64,000 nucleotides of DNA from a virus. The notes beneath the pieces were generated by a model that was not told where the DNA came from, did no database searches, and saw only the letters and a list, made by a program, of their open reading frames with translations. Shown piece by piece: positions 40,174 through 49,203 of the stretch. A program made the translations under genes and the position numbers. Within the stretch, counting starts at the first letter, position 1. The number at the start of each line of letters is the position of its first letter. Where the stretch lies: positions 1 through 64,000 of the IMG/VR virus record IMGVR_UViG_3300048590_000360; one strand, 5' to 3'.

Positions 40174-40795
40174 ATTGAGTAAGTATTGATTTGACTATTT
40201 CTTCACTATGGTATTTGTCTATGGCATGGTATCCAAGTGAACCGTAATATCTAATAGATTCTACTGAGAATTCGCTGCATACGTCTCTGGGTGCTAATTT
40301 CATTCCTATTTCTAAAAGTTTATTAGAAAAGAATACATCTTCGTTTCCATGAACTACTTCATTGTATCCGTCTAATTCGTCGTGGATACATATTAGCATG
40401 GCAAGAGGGCATCTTAGACTTAACCCCCCGTTACCTCCGTGTTGTTGAAATGGCCATGGCGCACCTACATAATCCCATTTAAAGAATTCTTCAATACCTT
40501 CCCTGAGAAGTCCTGAATCGTGTTGAAAAATGAGTACACGATCATAACCTGTAAATTTTTCCCAGAAGTATTCTGAAGTAAGGAGGTTGTTATAATCTGA
40601 TATAGAAAATTGTTTCTTTTGAATTTTTGGGTCTAATTCAAATTCGATGTTAAGTTTTTCTGCGATATGTTTGTTTTCTTTGGAACCGTATAGAAAAATG
40701 TCGGTATCCGGTGGTAAGAATTTTCTATGACAATCTATAGTGATATGTAAGTCATTCAACGGTCTTGTTTCTATGATAATGGCTGCTAAACTCAT
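40166..40795 (-). CDS. DUF5672-like protein (glycosyltransferase-associated)
   Basis: 209 aa. YNNLLTSEYFWEKFTGYDRVLIFQHDSGLL ... YVGAPW resembles DUF5672 (match by eye only). Confidence 0.45.
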   Translation of the reverse strand: MSLAAIIIETRPLNDLHITIDCHRKFLPPDTDIFLYGSKENKHIAEKLNIEFELDPKIQKKQFSISDYNNLLTSEYFWEKFTGYDRVLIFQHDSGLLREGIEEFFKWDYVGAPWPFQQHGGNGGLSLRCPLAMLICIHDELDGYNEVVHGNEDVFFSNKLLEIGMKLAPRDVCSEFSVESIRYYGSLGYHAIDKYHSEEIVKSILTQYD

Positions 40796-41544
40796 ATTAG
40801 TACCTTATTGTAGTTAATGTGATTTTGCATGAATTTCGGCATTATTGTCTTATCGAATGGAACTGCTTGTTTCCATATATCTCTTGATGCAGGATGGTAA
40901 CAGTCCTCAGTATTGGTTTCTGGATTCCAGTCCATTACTTTTTGCAAGTATGATTCTATGGAACCGTGTAAAGATAGTATTTCAGATTTATGTCCATGTA
41001 TATCCAATTTATATTTTATAACTTCTTTTGACTGACTATATCCCATGTGTAAGTAAGGACATTCGATTACAAGCATTCCATTTCCTGTCCCTTTTGAGAA
41101 TCTTACAGGGGTGAACCAATCTATCATCTGCCAGTTGAAAGACCTCCATAGGTCTATTTTACCACTTACGCCAAAAGTTTTATGTATTTTATCATCATAG
41201 ACAGTTTTAATTGAAGATTCTAATTTCTCAGGGAACCATACTTCGTCTGCATCTGAAGTAAATACAATGTCGTTGTTATAGGCAAGTCTTTGACCATATC
41301 CACGGTGTTCCCCTTCATTTCCAGCAACGATATCTGTCCAAAATAATTTGTTTTTAGCTGTATCTGTTGCAATCTGATATAATTCTTCTTTTGAATCAGG
41401 ATTATAGAGGTTAGTCATGAATCCGTATGAAGGTCTTTGTGAATATAATACATGGATTTCGTCAACAAGATTAACGTAACTTAGTATGCTTACTTCTAAG
41501 TATTCTTTTCCGTAATGTAGAGGGATGTATGCTGCAATTTTCAT
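40792..41544 (-). CDS. glycosyltransferase-like protein (GT-A type)
   Basis: 250 aa. N-terminal MKIAAYIPLHYGKEYLEVSILS and FTSDADEVW (DxD-like). Confidence 0.45.
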   Translation of the reverse strand: MKIAAYIPLHYGKEYLEVSILSYVNLVDEIHVLYSQRPSYGFMTNLYNPDSKEELYQIATDTAKNKLFWTDIVAGNEGEHRGYGQRLAYNNDIVFTSDADEVWFPEKLESSIKTVYDDKIHKTFGVSGKIDLWRSFNWQMIDWFTPVRFSKGTGNGMLVIECPYLHMGYSQSKEVIKYKLDIHGHKSEILSLHGSIESYLQKVMDWNPETNTEDCYHPASRDIWKQAVPFDKTIMPKFMQNHINYNKVLI

Positions 41545-42455
41545 ACTGTATGTAGTTTCAGTATATTAGTTGCCATCATGTAGAAAGTATAGTCATTCAT
41601 ACATCTTTTGGCCGCTTGTTTTCCAATCTTTTCCGCTAAAAATGGATTCTCTAAGTAGTATCGTGTTTTGTCAATCAAGTCCTTTGTATCATGGAATACG
41701 ACAACTTCATTGTTTATATCCCAATCTTTTTCAATATCCGGATAATGATGGGTAATTATCAGCATACCACAGGCTGCCATGCGTATCATCCTATCAGAGA
41801 AATACCGTTCATACGCAAAGTGACTGATGTTTATTCCTATTTTAGCCCCTCTGTAAATGGATGCTTCTAATGGTTGGCTGTCGTTACATTCTGCTTCTAC
41901 AGTTTTATGCCCCACGCCCCATACATGGAATGATTCCCCAAATTCAGATTTCAGATTATTTACTGCTTCTAATCTGAATTTGCTCAAAGGGAACATATTT
42001 CCGTAATTATTCCCCATGAAGATTACTGGTGCAGTTTTAATCTTTAATCCATGGGTGTTGTATATTGTTGCGTCAATGCCTATCTGAAGGTATTCTGCGT
42101 TGTATCCTTTTGCCCTAAATTCCCTTACGTTAGTCATATTGCTAAACGCAGTGGTAACGAACGGTGCCACATCAACGTACCATTGTGGTATTGGACTTCT
42201 AACGTCCCCAGTCCAATTAATAACATGTGATATTCCGCTTAATGCTTCAAAGGTTTCTTTGAGAAGTATATTTTCTCTTTGTACTTGAATGAAGATAATG
42301 TCAGGGTTCAACCTTGTTGCTATATCTACGGCAACGGCATTAAGGTCTGGTGTAGATGTTGGTAGTTCGGTAAGTTCACAGATATCGGCAAGTGCCTGAC
42401 TTAATCCGGAAGAATGGTTAGGTTTAACCATTAACCCGATATGTAATACTTTCAT
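41541..42455 (-). CDS. CgeB/GT1-like glycosyltransferase
   Basis: 304 aa. The C-terminal RMAACGMLIITHHYPDIEKDW...VVVFHDTKDLIDKTRYYLENPFLAEKIGKQAAKR resembles Glyco_trans_1_2/CgeB family ends. Confidence 0.5.
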   Translation of the reverse strand: MKVLHIGLMVKPNHSSGLSQALADICELTELPTSTPDLNAVAVDIATRLNPDIIFIQVQRENILLKETFEALSGISHVINWTGDVRSPIPQWYVDVAPFVTTAFSNMTNVREFRAKGYNAEYLQIGIDATIYNTHGLKIKTAPVIFMGNNYGNMFPLSKFRLEAVNNLKSEFGESFHVWGVGHKTVEAECNDSQPLEASIYRGAKIGINISHFAYERYFSDRMIRMAACGMLIITHHYPDIEKDWDINNEVVVFHDTKDLIDKTRYYLENPFLAEKIGKQAAKRCMNDYTFYMMATNILKLHTV

Positions 42456-42476
42456 TTAAATTCAATTTAAGTATCG

Positions 42477-42484
42477 CAAATGTA
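42477..42484 (-). promoter_or_regulatory. -7 promoter box (rc TACATTTG)
   Basis: 21 nt upstream of ATG 42455 and directly after terminator 42486..42523. Confidence 0.45.
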
Positions 42485-42485
42485 T

Positions 42486-42523
42486 AAAAAAAAACGCTCC
42501 AACAAAAAAAATGTTGAAGCGTT
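42486..42523 (-). terminator. rho-independent terminator
   Basis: 12-bp stem aacgctccaaca (42493-42504) / tgttgaagcgtt (42512-42523) with one G-U on the minus RNA, followed by U7-9. Confidence 0.75.
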
Positions 42524-42541
42524 TTTATGTTAGATTTCAGC

Positions 42542-43162
42542 TTATACTAACAGGTATCCTGTTTCTGATGTTCCGGTTGGGATATTTGTCGAGAAAGTGA
42601 TTGTTGTCACATCTGTAGTGGCATTGTAACTTGAACTTGAAACAACAAGTATTCTGTCGTTATTTGTACCGAGCATAGATACCACAACTCCATTGGTGAA
42701 GATAGATGTCTTATCGCTTTCAAAACTTGCCAATGATATAGTATCATTTGTAGCGTTTACCACGTCGAATTCATAGGCTGTGGAACCTGCTTTTTGGAAT
42801 TGGCGTACAGTAATGGCTGATTCTGTTTCACTGGTGTCAAGTTTTTCCAATCCGGCACCTTGGTTGTCGTATAGAATAACAGCATAGTTATCTGAAGGGT
42901 CTGTATCAATATGGCGTATTCTATTAATGTTTACGTATATGGTAAGACTGTTTGATAACAATACACTAATCAGGGTATCTGAGTAGGTGGCTATGCTTGA
43001 CGGGGAATCAGTAACAACCACGGATTTTCTGATTCCGTCGGCTTGTTCAAAGTAGTACACTGCTGCACCTAATGTATCTGTGGCTATTTTGGTAATATCA
43101 GTATCCAATACTTGGAAACTTCCAGAACCGTCTGCTAAATTAAGAATGATAGTTTTTGCCAT
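42542..43162 (-). CDS. hypothetical virion structural protein
   Basis: 206-aa Ser/Thr/Val-rich ORF. TATCTTTG box 21 nt upstream and a strong terminator downstream. Confidence 0.6.
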   Translation of the reverse strand: MAKTIILNLADGSGSFQVLDTDITKIATDTLGAAVYYFEQADGIRKSVVVTDSPSSIATYSDTLISVLLSNSLTIYVNINRIRHIDTDPSDNYAVILYDNQGAGLEKLDTSETESAITVRQFQKAGSTAYEFDVVNATNDTISLASFESDKTSIFTNGVVVSMLGTNNDRILVVSSSSYNATTDVTTITFSTNIPTGTSETGYLLV

Positions 43163-43183
43163 TTCAATAGTTTTTTGATGCTA

Positions 43184-43191
43184 CAAAGATA
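43184..43191 (-). promoter_or_regulatory. -7 promoter box (rc TATCTTTG)
   Basis: 21 nt upstream of ATG 43162. Confidence 0.45.
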
Positions 43192-43206
43192 TGTATTCTT
43201 TTTGAA

Positions 43207-43494
43207 TCATTTTTTACGGTTTGCATCCTTTCTATTTTTGACCATATTCCCCATTCTTAGTTTACCGTCTTGTCCTCTGACAAGTTCTTTTCCTGTACCG
43301 GCACGTTTACCATACACTCCGAGTTCTCTTGCTTTCTTATTGTGTTCGGATCGGTATTCTACTTTCCCTTTTTGGTACTTTTTATCATAGGCAAGTTTTT
43401 TAGCTCTTGCCAGTTTGTTTTTCCTGTAGTACTTCGTTGTGGGTGAAGCTGCACCATCAGTGACTAACTTTGTCCCTGCTATCTTATTTCGCAT
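43207..43494 (-). CDS. small highly basic protein
   Basis: 95-aa Lys/Arg-rich ORF. TATCTTTG box 4 nt upstream of the ATG. Confidence 0.55.
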   Translation of the reverse strand: MRNKIAGTKLVTDGAASPTTKYYRKNKLARAKKLAYDKKYQKGKVEYRSEHNKKARELGVYGKRAGTGKELVRGQDGKLRMGNMVKNRKDANRKK

Positions 43495-43498
43495 GAGA

Positions 43499-43506
43499 CA
43501 AAGATA
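43499..43506 (-). promoter_or_regulatory. -7 promoter box (rc TATCTTTG), 4 nt from ATG
   Basis: rc context CAGTATCTTTGTCTCATGCG. Confidence 0.5.
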
Positions 43507-43512
43507 CTGATA

Positions 43513-44007
43513 TTATGCTTCAGGATATCTACATATTCCGTAAGGATGATTATTTCTGTTGAAAATATATGTAAAGAACTCGTTTATCTGTTCAAGACGG
43601 TTTCCCCAATTTTCCCAAGAAAGTTTATTTTTGTCAATAAATATTACAGCGGAATTGTCAGTTCTACTGGATTGATGTATAGAGTAATAATACTTTACAC
43701 CTTTAACTTTAATTTCCCCGTAACCATATATGTGTTTAGTTAGTTTACCCACTGTTAGTATTTTTAGTGTACTTATTTCTGGGAACACATATCCTCTTGC
43801 ATAGATATACGTCTGACCTGGAATGGTATCTGTTTCAGCAAGTTTTTCATAATTATTCAATAGACTGTCAAGTGATATTACTTTAAGTTCATGTTTACGG
43901 GCTTCGTTTTTTTTGTAGTATTTGTATGCGTTTTTCCACACAATGGCATCTGCATTGGTAATACAAAGGAACAATACTGCTGTAAGAATTACTTTTAGAG
44001 TTTTCAT
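43513..44007 (-). CDS. secreted protein with signal peptide
   Basis: Trimmed to ATG 44007 (MKTLKVILTAVLFLCITNADA...), which sits in the conserved context AGAAACCATGAAA. Confidence 0.6.
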   Translation of the reverse strand: MKTLKVILTAVLFLCITNADAIVWKNAYKYYKKNEARKHELKVISLDSLLNNYEKLAETDTIPGQTYIYARGYVFPEISTLKILTVGKLTKHIYGYGEIKVKGVKYYYSIHQSSRTDNSAVIFIDKNKLSWENWGNRLEQINEFFTYIFNRNNHPYGICRYPEA

Positions 44008-44074
44008 GGTTTCTGATTTTTGGTTAAACATAGTAGGTTTAACGATGGTGTCTGACTAAAGGTTACAAAAAAAA

Positions 44075-44821
44075 TCAGATTTTTGGTGCGCTCATGAATC
44101 CAGACTTATACGCTGCGACTATTTCAGTAATAGTCATAGCGTTATGTTTCTTTAAAGCCCTTGTTTTTTCTCTTTGGTATGTCTGTCGTGCTAAGATTTT
44201 TTCATTAGCTGGCACCATTTTATTGAAACGTATATCGCAAAGGTATAACCAATGTTTTATTGGTTCGATGTCATACGGGTGAACATAGAAGTTTCCGTCT
44301 GAAGTATCAAAATCTGCGACATATTCTAAGAAGATAGAATCAAAGGATTCTCCCTGTTGAATAGCAATGTATCCTTCGTTTGGGAATATCTTATAGTATC
44401 CCCAGTAATTTCTACCGGAACCCACGCCATAGTCTGTAGGGAATGTATTTTGGAACTCAGTATAAGTCAGGAAAGGATATAACCCGTTATGGTCTGTAAA
44501 TTGTGGCGTTGTCCTCACTCCACAGTCATTCGGTTGTGGCATTGGCATATTACTATTAAGTCCTAATGCAAGCTTTTGTCCGTTTTTAGAAAGGTAAATC
44601 TTTCTGTAATCTACATAATCTGACGGAAGGATGACAATATCATTATCTTCGATATCTACCTCTACTTCTTTAATGATTTGGTTCATCCCAAAGGACTGAT
44701 ATATATCCCTGAGTCCGTTTAATCCGTTTTGTAAAAATCTTCCGTAAGACCTATCTATTTGGTCTTTTCCTAATTCGATATAGTATTCACGGATTATTTC
44801 GTCAAGGGTGTATTTCTTCAT
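44075..44821 (-). CDS. hypothetical virion-module protein
   Basis: 248-aa ORF with a 4-nt overlap with the upstream gene. Confidence 0.65.
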   Translation of the reverse strand: MKKYTLDEIIREYYIELGKDQIDRSYGRFLQNGLNGLRDIYQSFGMNQIIKEVEVDIEDNDIVILPSDYVDYRKIYLSKNGQKLALGLNSNMPMPQPNDCGVRTTPQFTDHNGLYPFLTYTEFQNTFPTDYGVGSGRNYWGYYKIFPNEGYIAIQQGESFDSIFLEYVADFDTSDGNFYVHPYDIEPIKHWLYLCDIRFNKMVPANEKILARQTYQREKTRALKKHNAMTITEIVAAYKSGFMSAPKI

Positions 44822-45438
44822 GGTTGGTCAACATTATCGTTTACTATATCCTGTGGTGGCTCTGGCGCGAACATTTGTACTACACTCTGAATAACTATTA
44901 GTTCCATATCAGGGGGAATAGATAATTCGTCATTAACACCCAATGAAGATATTCCGAGAATCAGTTTTACGTTCATGTAGTCAGGTTTTTGACTTTTATC
45001 CATATTTGGAAATATGATTCTATTACCCTCTCTGTAGAACGGTGTTCTGTTGTGCAAAGCTCTGGCATGAAGATTTTCAAACAATTCATTAAAACCAGGA
45101 ACTACTTCAGTGTATCCTGTCGCCTTTGGTTCCTTTGATGGGGCAATATGTCTGATACCTATACCATGGGGTAGGTCAATAACTTTGGCCGGTAAATCAA
45201 GGTATGACGTACATAAGTCTGAATCCCATGAAACGGGGACGTTTTTAAACACATTTGTAAGTGTTCCGTCAATAGATTGTTCGCTGTCGGTACGTGATTC
45301 AAAGTATCGAACTCTCACCACGTTTGCCAGTACTTGTTCAACGGAGAGTATAAGTTCCCTAATATCTATTTTACTGTCTGCAGATCTATGTCCCAATAAC
45401 AGGAGGCATTGTTCCGCTAAACTTTTCTTGGTTGCCAT
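44818..45438 (-). CDS. hypothetical virion-module protein
   Basis: Trimmed from the upstream ORF-track start at 45453 to ATG 45438 (MATKKSLAEQ...), 4 nt after a TACCTTTG box. Confidence 0.65.
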   Translation of the reverse strand: MATKKSLAEQCLLLLGHRSADSKIDIRELILSVEQVLANVVRVRYFESRTDSEQSIDGTLTNVFKNVPVSWDSDLCTSYLDLPAKVIDLPHGIGIRHIAPSKEPKATGYTEVVPGFNELFENLHARALHNRTPFYREGNRIIFPNMDKSQKPDYMNVKLILGISSLGVNDELSIPPDMELIVIQSVVQMFAPEPPQDIVNDNVDQP

Positions 45439-45442
45439 ATAA

Positions 45443-45450
45443 CAAAGGTA
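45443..45450 (-). promoter_or_regulatory. -7 promoter box (rc TACCTTTG), 4 nt from ATG
   Basis: rc context TTTGTACCTTTGTTATATGG. Confidence 0.5.
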
Positions 45451-45462
45451 CAAAAAACAAAG

Positions 45463-46041
45463 TTACCCAATATAGGCACGTTGCTTAATGTAATTTTCAT
45501 TTAATAGATTCAATCCTGAGAAGTATTCTGATAGGACTCTTTCCATGTCTTTTTTACTACCGTTGTACGTGAGTACTACTTTGAGAAGATTGTTCCATGA
45601 ATCTTCAAAAGGTTTTTCATTCTTTGGCACGATGTCAATGACAATCCCCCCTCTAAGGATAATTTCATTTATTCTTGTAAAGTCGTTGCAGTCTAAGATA
45701 AGGATGATGTCTGATTTCACGTTGTTGAGGTTGTGGAATAATGACTTTTCAAGGAATCTTTTTCCCATTATTCGTCCTATTCCCCTGAATTGGTCGCAAA
45801 GTCCTTGGACGGTCTCTTGATGGGCTGAAATGTATTTTTCTTTAGCTTCTGGCGAATAATATCTCAGGGGTGCAATGTACCGGCCAAAGTCAACAACGTC
45901 TCTTTTCACGCTGGTGTTTACTTCTACTAATGATTCAATCTGACTTAGGAAAGTGGTGCCATATATATCACCTTTCATCATGTATGATAACATTCGTCCT
46001 ACTTCGTAATACTCTTTGCACCTTATCCCAAAGATTTGCAT
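45463..46041 (-). CDS. hypothetical protein
   Basis: 192-aa ORF with ATG start, 1 nt after the upstream stop. Confidence 0.65.
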   Translation of the reverse strand: MQIFGIRCKEYYEVGRMLSYMMKGDIYGTTFLSQIESLVEVNTSVKRDVVDFGRYIAPLRYYSPEAKEKYISAHQETVQGLCDQFRGIGRIMGKRFLEKSLFHNLNNVKSDIILILDCNDFTRINEIILRGGIVIDIVPKNEKPFEDSWNNLLKVVLTYNGSKKDMERVLSEYFSGLNLLNENYIKQRAYIG

Positions 46042-46042
46042 G

Positions 46043-46255
46043 TTACGAATGTACGAATGTTTTTCTTGTCCTAATTACATCTGTGATATTATTCCTTGGA
46101 AATGTGATTGGTTCTTCAGTTCCGTATTTTAGTATAGATAGTAGTGTGTCGTCAATTTGACAATCTACAGATAATTTATTGAACGAAGTAACCTTCCCTG
46201 TGAAGGTGATTTTCCTTGCCCTATCAATAACATATATCTTGTCACCTACTTTCAT
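46043..46255 (-). CDS. hypothetical small protein
   Basis: 70-aa ORF. TATATTTG box 5 nt upstream. Confidence 0.5.
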   Translation of the reverse strand: MKVGDKIYVIDRARKITFTGKVTSFNKLSVDCQIDDTLLSILKYGTEEPITFPRNNITDVIRTRKTFVHS

Positions 46256-46260
46256 AGATG

Positions 46261-46268
46261 CAAATATA
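46261..46268 (-). promoter_or_regulatory. -7 promoter box (rc TATATTTG), 5 nt from ATG
   Basis: rc TGTTTAAAAAATAACTTTTATATTTGCATCTATG. A near-duplicate block TGTTTAAAAAATTACTTTTG lies about 30 nt further upstream. Confidence 0.45.
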
Positions 46269-46314
46269 AAAGTTATTTTTTAAACAAAAAACATCAAAAG
46301 TAATTTTTTAAACA

Positions 46315-46785
46315 TTATATTCTTTGAACAACGAATTGATTCATATATTCTTCAGGCGTTTGGAATGTTATGTTCAGGGAAGTTTCTCCGAATTTCATAC
46401 AGTTTGTGGTGAATTCATTGAATGTGTTGTGGTCTGCCCCTTCTAATTTGTGAGGGACTTTAATAATTTCACCGGTTTCAGGATCTGGGATTTCGTCATA
46501 CCCTAAGAATCTAAGTTTAAGCCAATGGTAAGTATTATCTTCGTCCATGTCGAATCCTTGTTCATTGAGTGCGTCTGTAATCCTTGGGACTATTTCGGCA
46601 AAGAAGTATCCGTTTTGTGATTTGCTTTTTGGTCTGATACCTTTGGAAAATTTTACGTCAAGGATAATATGGTCTGAAGTTCCGAATTTATAGACTATTT
46701 GGCGCAATAACGAATCCTTATCCATTAAGGACATTTGCCATTTGTCATTTTCTTTTCGGAGGATTAATCTACCTTTGATTGTCAT
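46315..46785 (-). CDS. hypothetical protein (faint NinB/Orf-like motif)
   Basis: 156 aa. KSKSQNGYFFAEIVPRI loosely recalls the RS-xQN-xxW motif of lambda NinB. Weak, by eye only. Confidence 0.3.
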   Translation of the reverse strand: MTIKGRLILRKENDKWQMSLMDKDSLLRQIVYKFGTSDHIILDVKFSKGIRPKSKSQNGYFFAEIVPRITDALNEQGFDMDEDNTYHWLKLRFLGYDEIPDPETGEIIKVPHKLEGADHNTFNEFTTNCMKFGETSLNITFQTPEEYMNQFVVQRI

Positions 46786-47228
46786 TTGATGATGATAACT
46801 GTAATTATTCCGGCACCGATAATTGATGATAGGAATGTAATTATTTTCCCTCTTTTTTTCACTTTCTCCTGAAGTGTTATGTTTTGTTGGATGATGTTTT
46901 CTTCTTGAAGTTTATACTTTGTGATGATGTCTCTGGCAATTACCTGTTCGTGGGTTAGCAGTTCGTTTTCTATGATGTATGAATCTTTCAAGTTATTGAG
47001 TATTCTAATACGTTCTTCTGTTGTTGCAAGCATACTGTCACATTCCTGAAGGTTTACTTTTGTTGTAGCGAATGTTTTAATTTTCGCCAAACTGAAACAT
47101 CCCAGAGTATCGTTGTTTTGGATTTTCCAACCGTCAATATATTTCTGAGAGGATGCTGTCAATGTCATTCCATTTGCTACTATCAATAGCATTACGAATG
47201 GGGATGTAAATGTATTTGATTTCTTCAT
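46782..47228 (-). CDS. membrane protein (hydrophobic N-terminus, coiled coil, C-terminal TM)
   Basis: 148 aa. FVMLLIVANGMTLTA at the N-terminus and IITFLSSIIGAGIITVIIIK at the C-terminus. Overlaps the upstream gene by up to 95 nt. Confidence 0.5.
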   Translation of the reverse strand: MKKSNTFTSPFVMLLIVANGMTLTASSQKYIDGWKIQNNDTLGCFSLAKIKTFATTKVNLQECDSMLATTEERIRILNNLKDSYIIENELLTHEQVIARDIITKYKLQEENIIQQNITLQEKVKKRGKIITFLSSIIGAGIITVIIIK

Positions 47229-47439
47229 TGGTAGGTAGTTTTGCTAATGAGTCGTAAATTTGTTTTCTTTGGGAATGTAGTTCTGTGATTAGGCTATCAT
47301 TTATTTTGATTACATATTGGTACTTTGAGTCGTCTATTATTTGTATTTGTGGCGTTGGATGTTCCGGTTTAGTCAAAAGATATGTTATGACAACCATATA
47401 GATTGCAAATAATACTGCTAATATTTTAGTGGGGTTCAT
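47134..47439 (-). CDS. membrane protein with N-terminal TM
   Basis: 101 aa starting MNPTKILAVLFAIYMVVITYLLTK. Confidence 0.5.
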   Translation of the reverse strand: MNPTKILAVLFAIYMVVITYLLTKPEHPTPQIQIIDDSKYQYVIKINDSLITELHSQRKQIYDSLAKLPTNEEIKYIYIPIRNAIDSSKWNDIDSILSEIY

Positions 47440-47462
47440 TCCTGCGAATTTATGAATTTATT

Positions 47463-48254
47463 TTAGATTGGTAAATTCACTTTTGAAAGCAACTGATTTG
47501 AAACGTGCGTGTATATTTCCGTGGTTTTTATATTTGAGTGTCCTGCAATCTTTTGAATAATCCTTGTGTCTGTACCTGATTCAAGCATAGCGGTAAATGA
47601 TGAATGCCTGAGAAGGTGGAAATGATAATCCTTGCCGATGTATTTTTTGACAATTTGGTTGCAACTTGCAGATGAATATTGATTACTGAATTGCCCGTTA
47701 AAAAGGTATTCTGTTGGTTTATATTCTTTGTAGTATTCTCTTAGCGTGGTGAGTATTGTTTGGCTTAGTGGCACGATTCTATCCTTTCTACCTTTGGCGT
47801 TTTTGATGTAAATTATCATTCTACTGGAATCAATGTCGGTTATCTTTAGGTTGATTATTTCTGAAACTCTAAGTCCTACACTAAATGCCAATGATATAAT
47901 TGCTTTATGCTTTAAGTTTTCGATGTTATTGATAGACTTAATAAGGTGTTCTCTATCAATTACTCTTGGTAGTTTCTTTTCGGAACGGGGTCTGTTAAAA
48001 TGAACCTTGTCGTATTTTTTGTTTAATCCGTATTTGTATAAGAATCTTATTGCGTTAATAATTTGATTCTGTTGTGATACTGATTTGAACGGATAATTGT
48101 CTAAATACTGCTGAAACTCTTTTGCGGAAACTCTTGATATATGTACTTTACTTTTTGATAGGTATTCGTCAATATAATATAAGTAAACTTTTTGTGTGTT
48201 TTCTGAATAATTTAGATATTTCAGTTTTTGTACAACGATTTTGTAAATGTCCAT
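47463..48254 (-). CDS. tyrosine recombinase/integrase, short XerC/D-like (263 aa)
   Basis: Catalytic signature GLRVSE (Arg I), KGRKDRIVPL, HLLRHS (His-x-x-Arg), GHSNIKTTEIYTHV (His ... Tyr). No obvious extra insertion of the IntI type. Confidence 0.9.
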   Translation of the reverse strand: MDIYKIVVQKLKYLNYSENTQKVYLYYIDEYLSKSKVHISRVSAKEFQQYLDNYPFKSVSQQNQIINAIRFLYKYGLNKKYDKVHFNRPRSEKKLPRVIDREHLIKSINNIENLKHKAIISLAFSVGLRVSEIINLKITDIDSSRMIIYIKNAKGRKDRIVPLSQTILTTLREYYKEYKPTEYLFNGQFSNQYSSASCNQIVKKYIGKDYHFHLLRHSSFTAMLESGTDTRIIQKIAGHSNIKTTEIYTHVSNQLLSKVNLPI

Positions 48255-48299
48255 GCTGTAACCCCTTATTTTATTGGTATTGTTGTTATATGGTAGTTA
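48213..48299. repeat. 87-bp exact direct repeat, copy 2 (recombinase codons 1-14 plus 45-nt upstream junction)
   Basis: Identical to 25949..26035. Ends in ggtaGTTA of the GTTAGGT core (48296-48302). Confidence 0.9.
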
Positions 48300-48308
48300 G
48301 GTGCAATG

Positions 48309-48485
48309 CTAAACGACATACACCAACTCAATCTGAAATTTACCATTTTCTCGGTCAATAAATCTTTCTGCATCTTCAACTGTATCAAAGTAGTCAGCAA
48401 GGTATGCTTCTTTACTCCATCCGTAGGCTTCACCACAATAATAAGTTTGAGCCTCAAAATCTTTTACTACATATTTCTTTTCCAT
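48309..48485 (-). CDS. hypothetical cassette protein (58 aa)
   Basis: The ORF-track GTG start 48515 lies inside repeat 48514..48597, so I trimmed to ATG 48485 (MEKKYVVKDFE...). Confidence 0.45.
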   Translation of the reverse strand: MEKKYVVKDFEAQTYYCGEAYGWSKEAYLADYFDTVEDAERFIDRENGKFQIELVYVV

Positions 48486-48513
48486 TTTTATTTGAATTTG
48501 TGAAAAGCACTGC

Positions 48514-48597
48514 ACCTAACAGCGGTTTTGTGCAAGTTGCCCAACCGGCTCAATGCCCACGCTCCGCAGCCTGACACAAAGCCGCAAAACGTTGGCA
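48514..48597. repeat. attC-like structured repeat
   Basis: Ends ACCTAAC-AGC ... GCAAAAC-GTTGGCA. Stem gcggttttgtg (48522-48532) / cacaaagccgc (48575-48585), with one T-G. Confidence 0.6.
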
Positions 48598-48603
48598 GTA
48601 ATG

Positions 48604-49203
48604 CTACGAGAACACCGACCAACTACCATCTTTCTTATTTATTTTCATTACGCCTTTCTTTGACAAATCTTTATCGTATGGATTTTCAAGAAACAAAAAC
48701 TCTGTACTTTCCATTGATTTTAAAGAGTTACAATAAAATTCGCCTGTTTCAATGTTGTAGTAATTGCTATCAACTGAATAAATGCAACTACCCTTTTTTA
48801 TGTAAGGGCTTTTAAATTGGTCAAATTCTTTTTTCTCAACTCCGTTTTTATCAATTATGCACCAGCGACCTTCTAAATGTTTTCTTTGTAATTCAAGTTC
48901 TTTTCGACTTTTATTTGGATAGCATTTTTTAATAAAATCATAATCATAAATTGCTTCTACATATTTAAGAAGCATAAAATAATCTTGTTTTATATCACCC
49001 CCAAATCCACCAACACGATAAAGCGATTTGCTTATTAATTCACCATTTTTTGTAAGGCAAACAAAATCATTACTATTATTATTCCACTCATTCAAATAAT
49101 CTTGATTAACCTGAATAGGGGATAACTGCAAAGCACTACTGCCAACATCTGCTTTATGCAAGTGGGGCTGAACTGCTAAATTGAACATTTGTAATTCTAT
49201 CAT
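48604..49203 (-). CDS. hypothetical cassette protein
   Basis: 199-aa ORF with ATG start. The stop lies 6 nt from the repeat end. Confidence 0.65.
   Translation of the reverse strand: MIELQMFNLAVQPHLHKADVGSSALQLSPIQVNQDYLNEWNNNSNDFVCLTKNGELISKSLYRVGGFGGDIKQDYFMLLKYVEAIYDYDFIKKCYPNKSRKELELQRKHLEGRWCIIDKNGVEKKEFDQFKSPYIKKGSCIYSVDSNYYNIETGEFYCNSLKSMESTEFLFLENPYDKDLSKKGVMKINKKDGSWSVFS

Noticed and set aside
47463-48254. Calling the recombinase a bona fide integron integrase (IntI)
   Set aside because: At 263 aa it is much shorter than typical IntI proteins. I see no additional domain between the conserved patches. It is annotated only as an XerC/D-like tyrosine recombinase.
25949-48299. The 87-bp direct repeats as prophage attL/attR or as the ends of an inserted 22-kb element
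   Set aside because: Essential virion genes lie both inside the interval (terL, structural genes) and outside it (portal, capsid, giant protein). The repeat also duplicates the recombinase's own 5' end rather than a host gene fragment.
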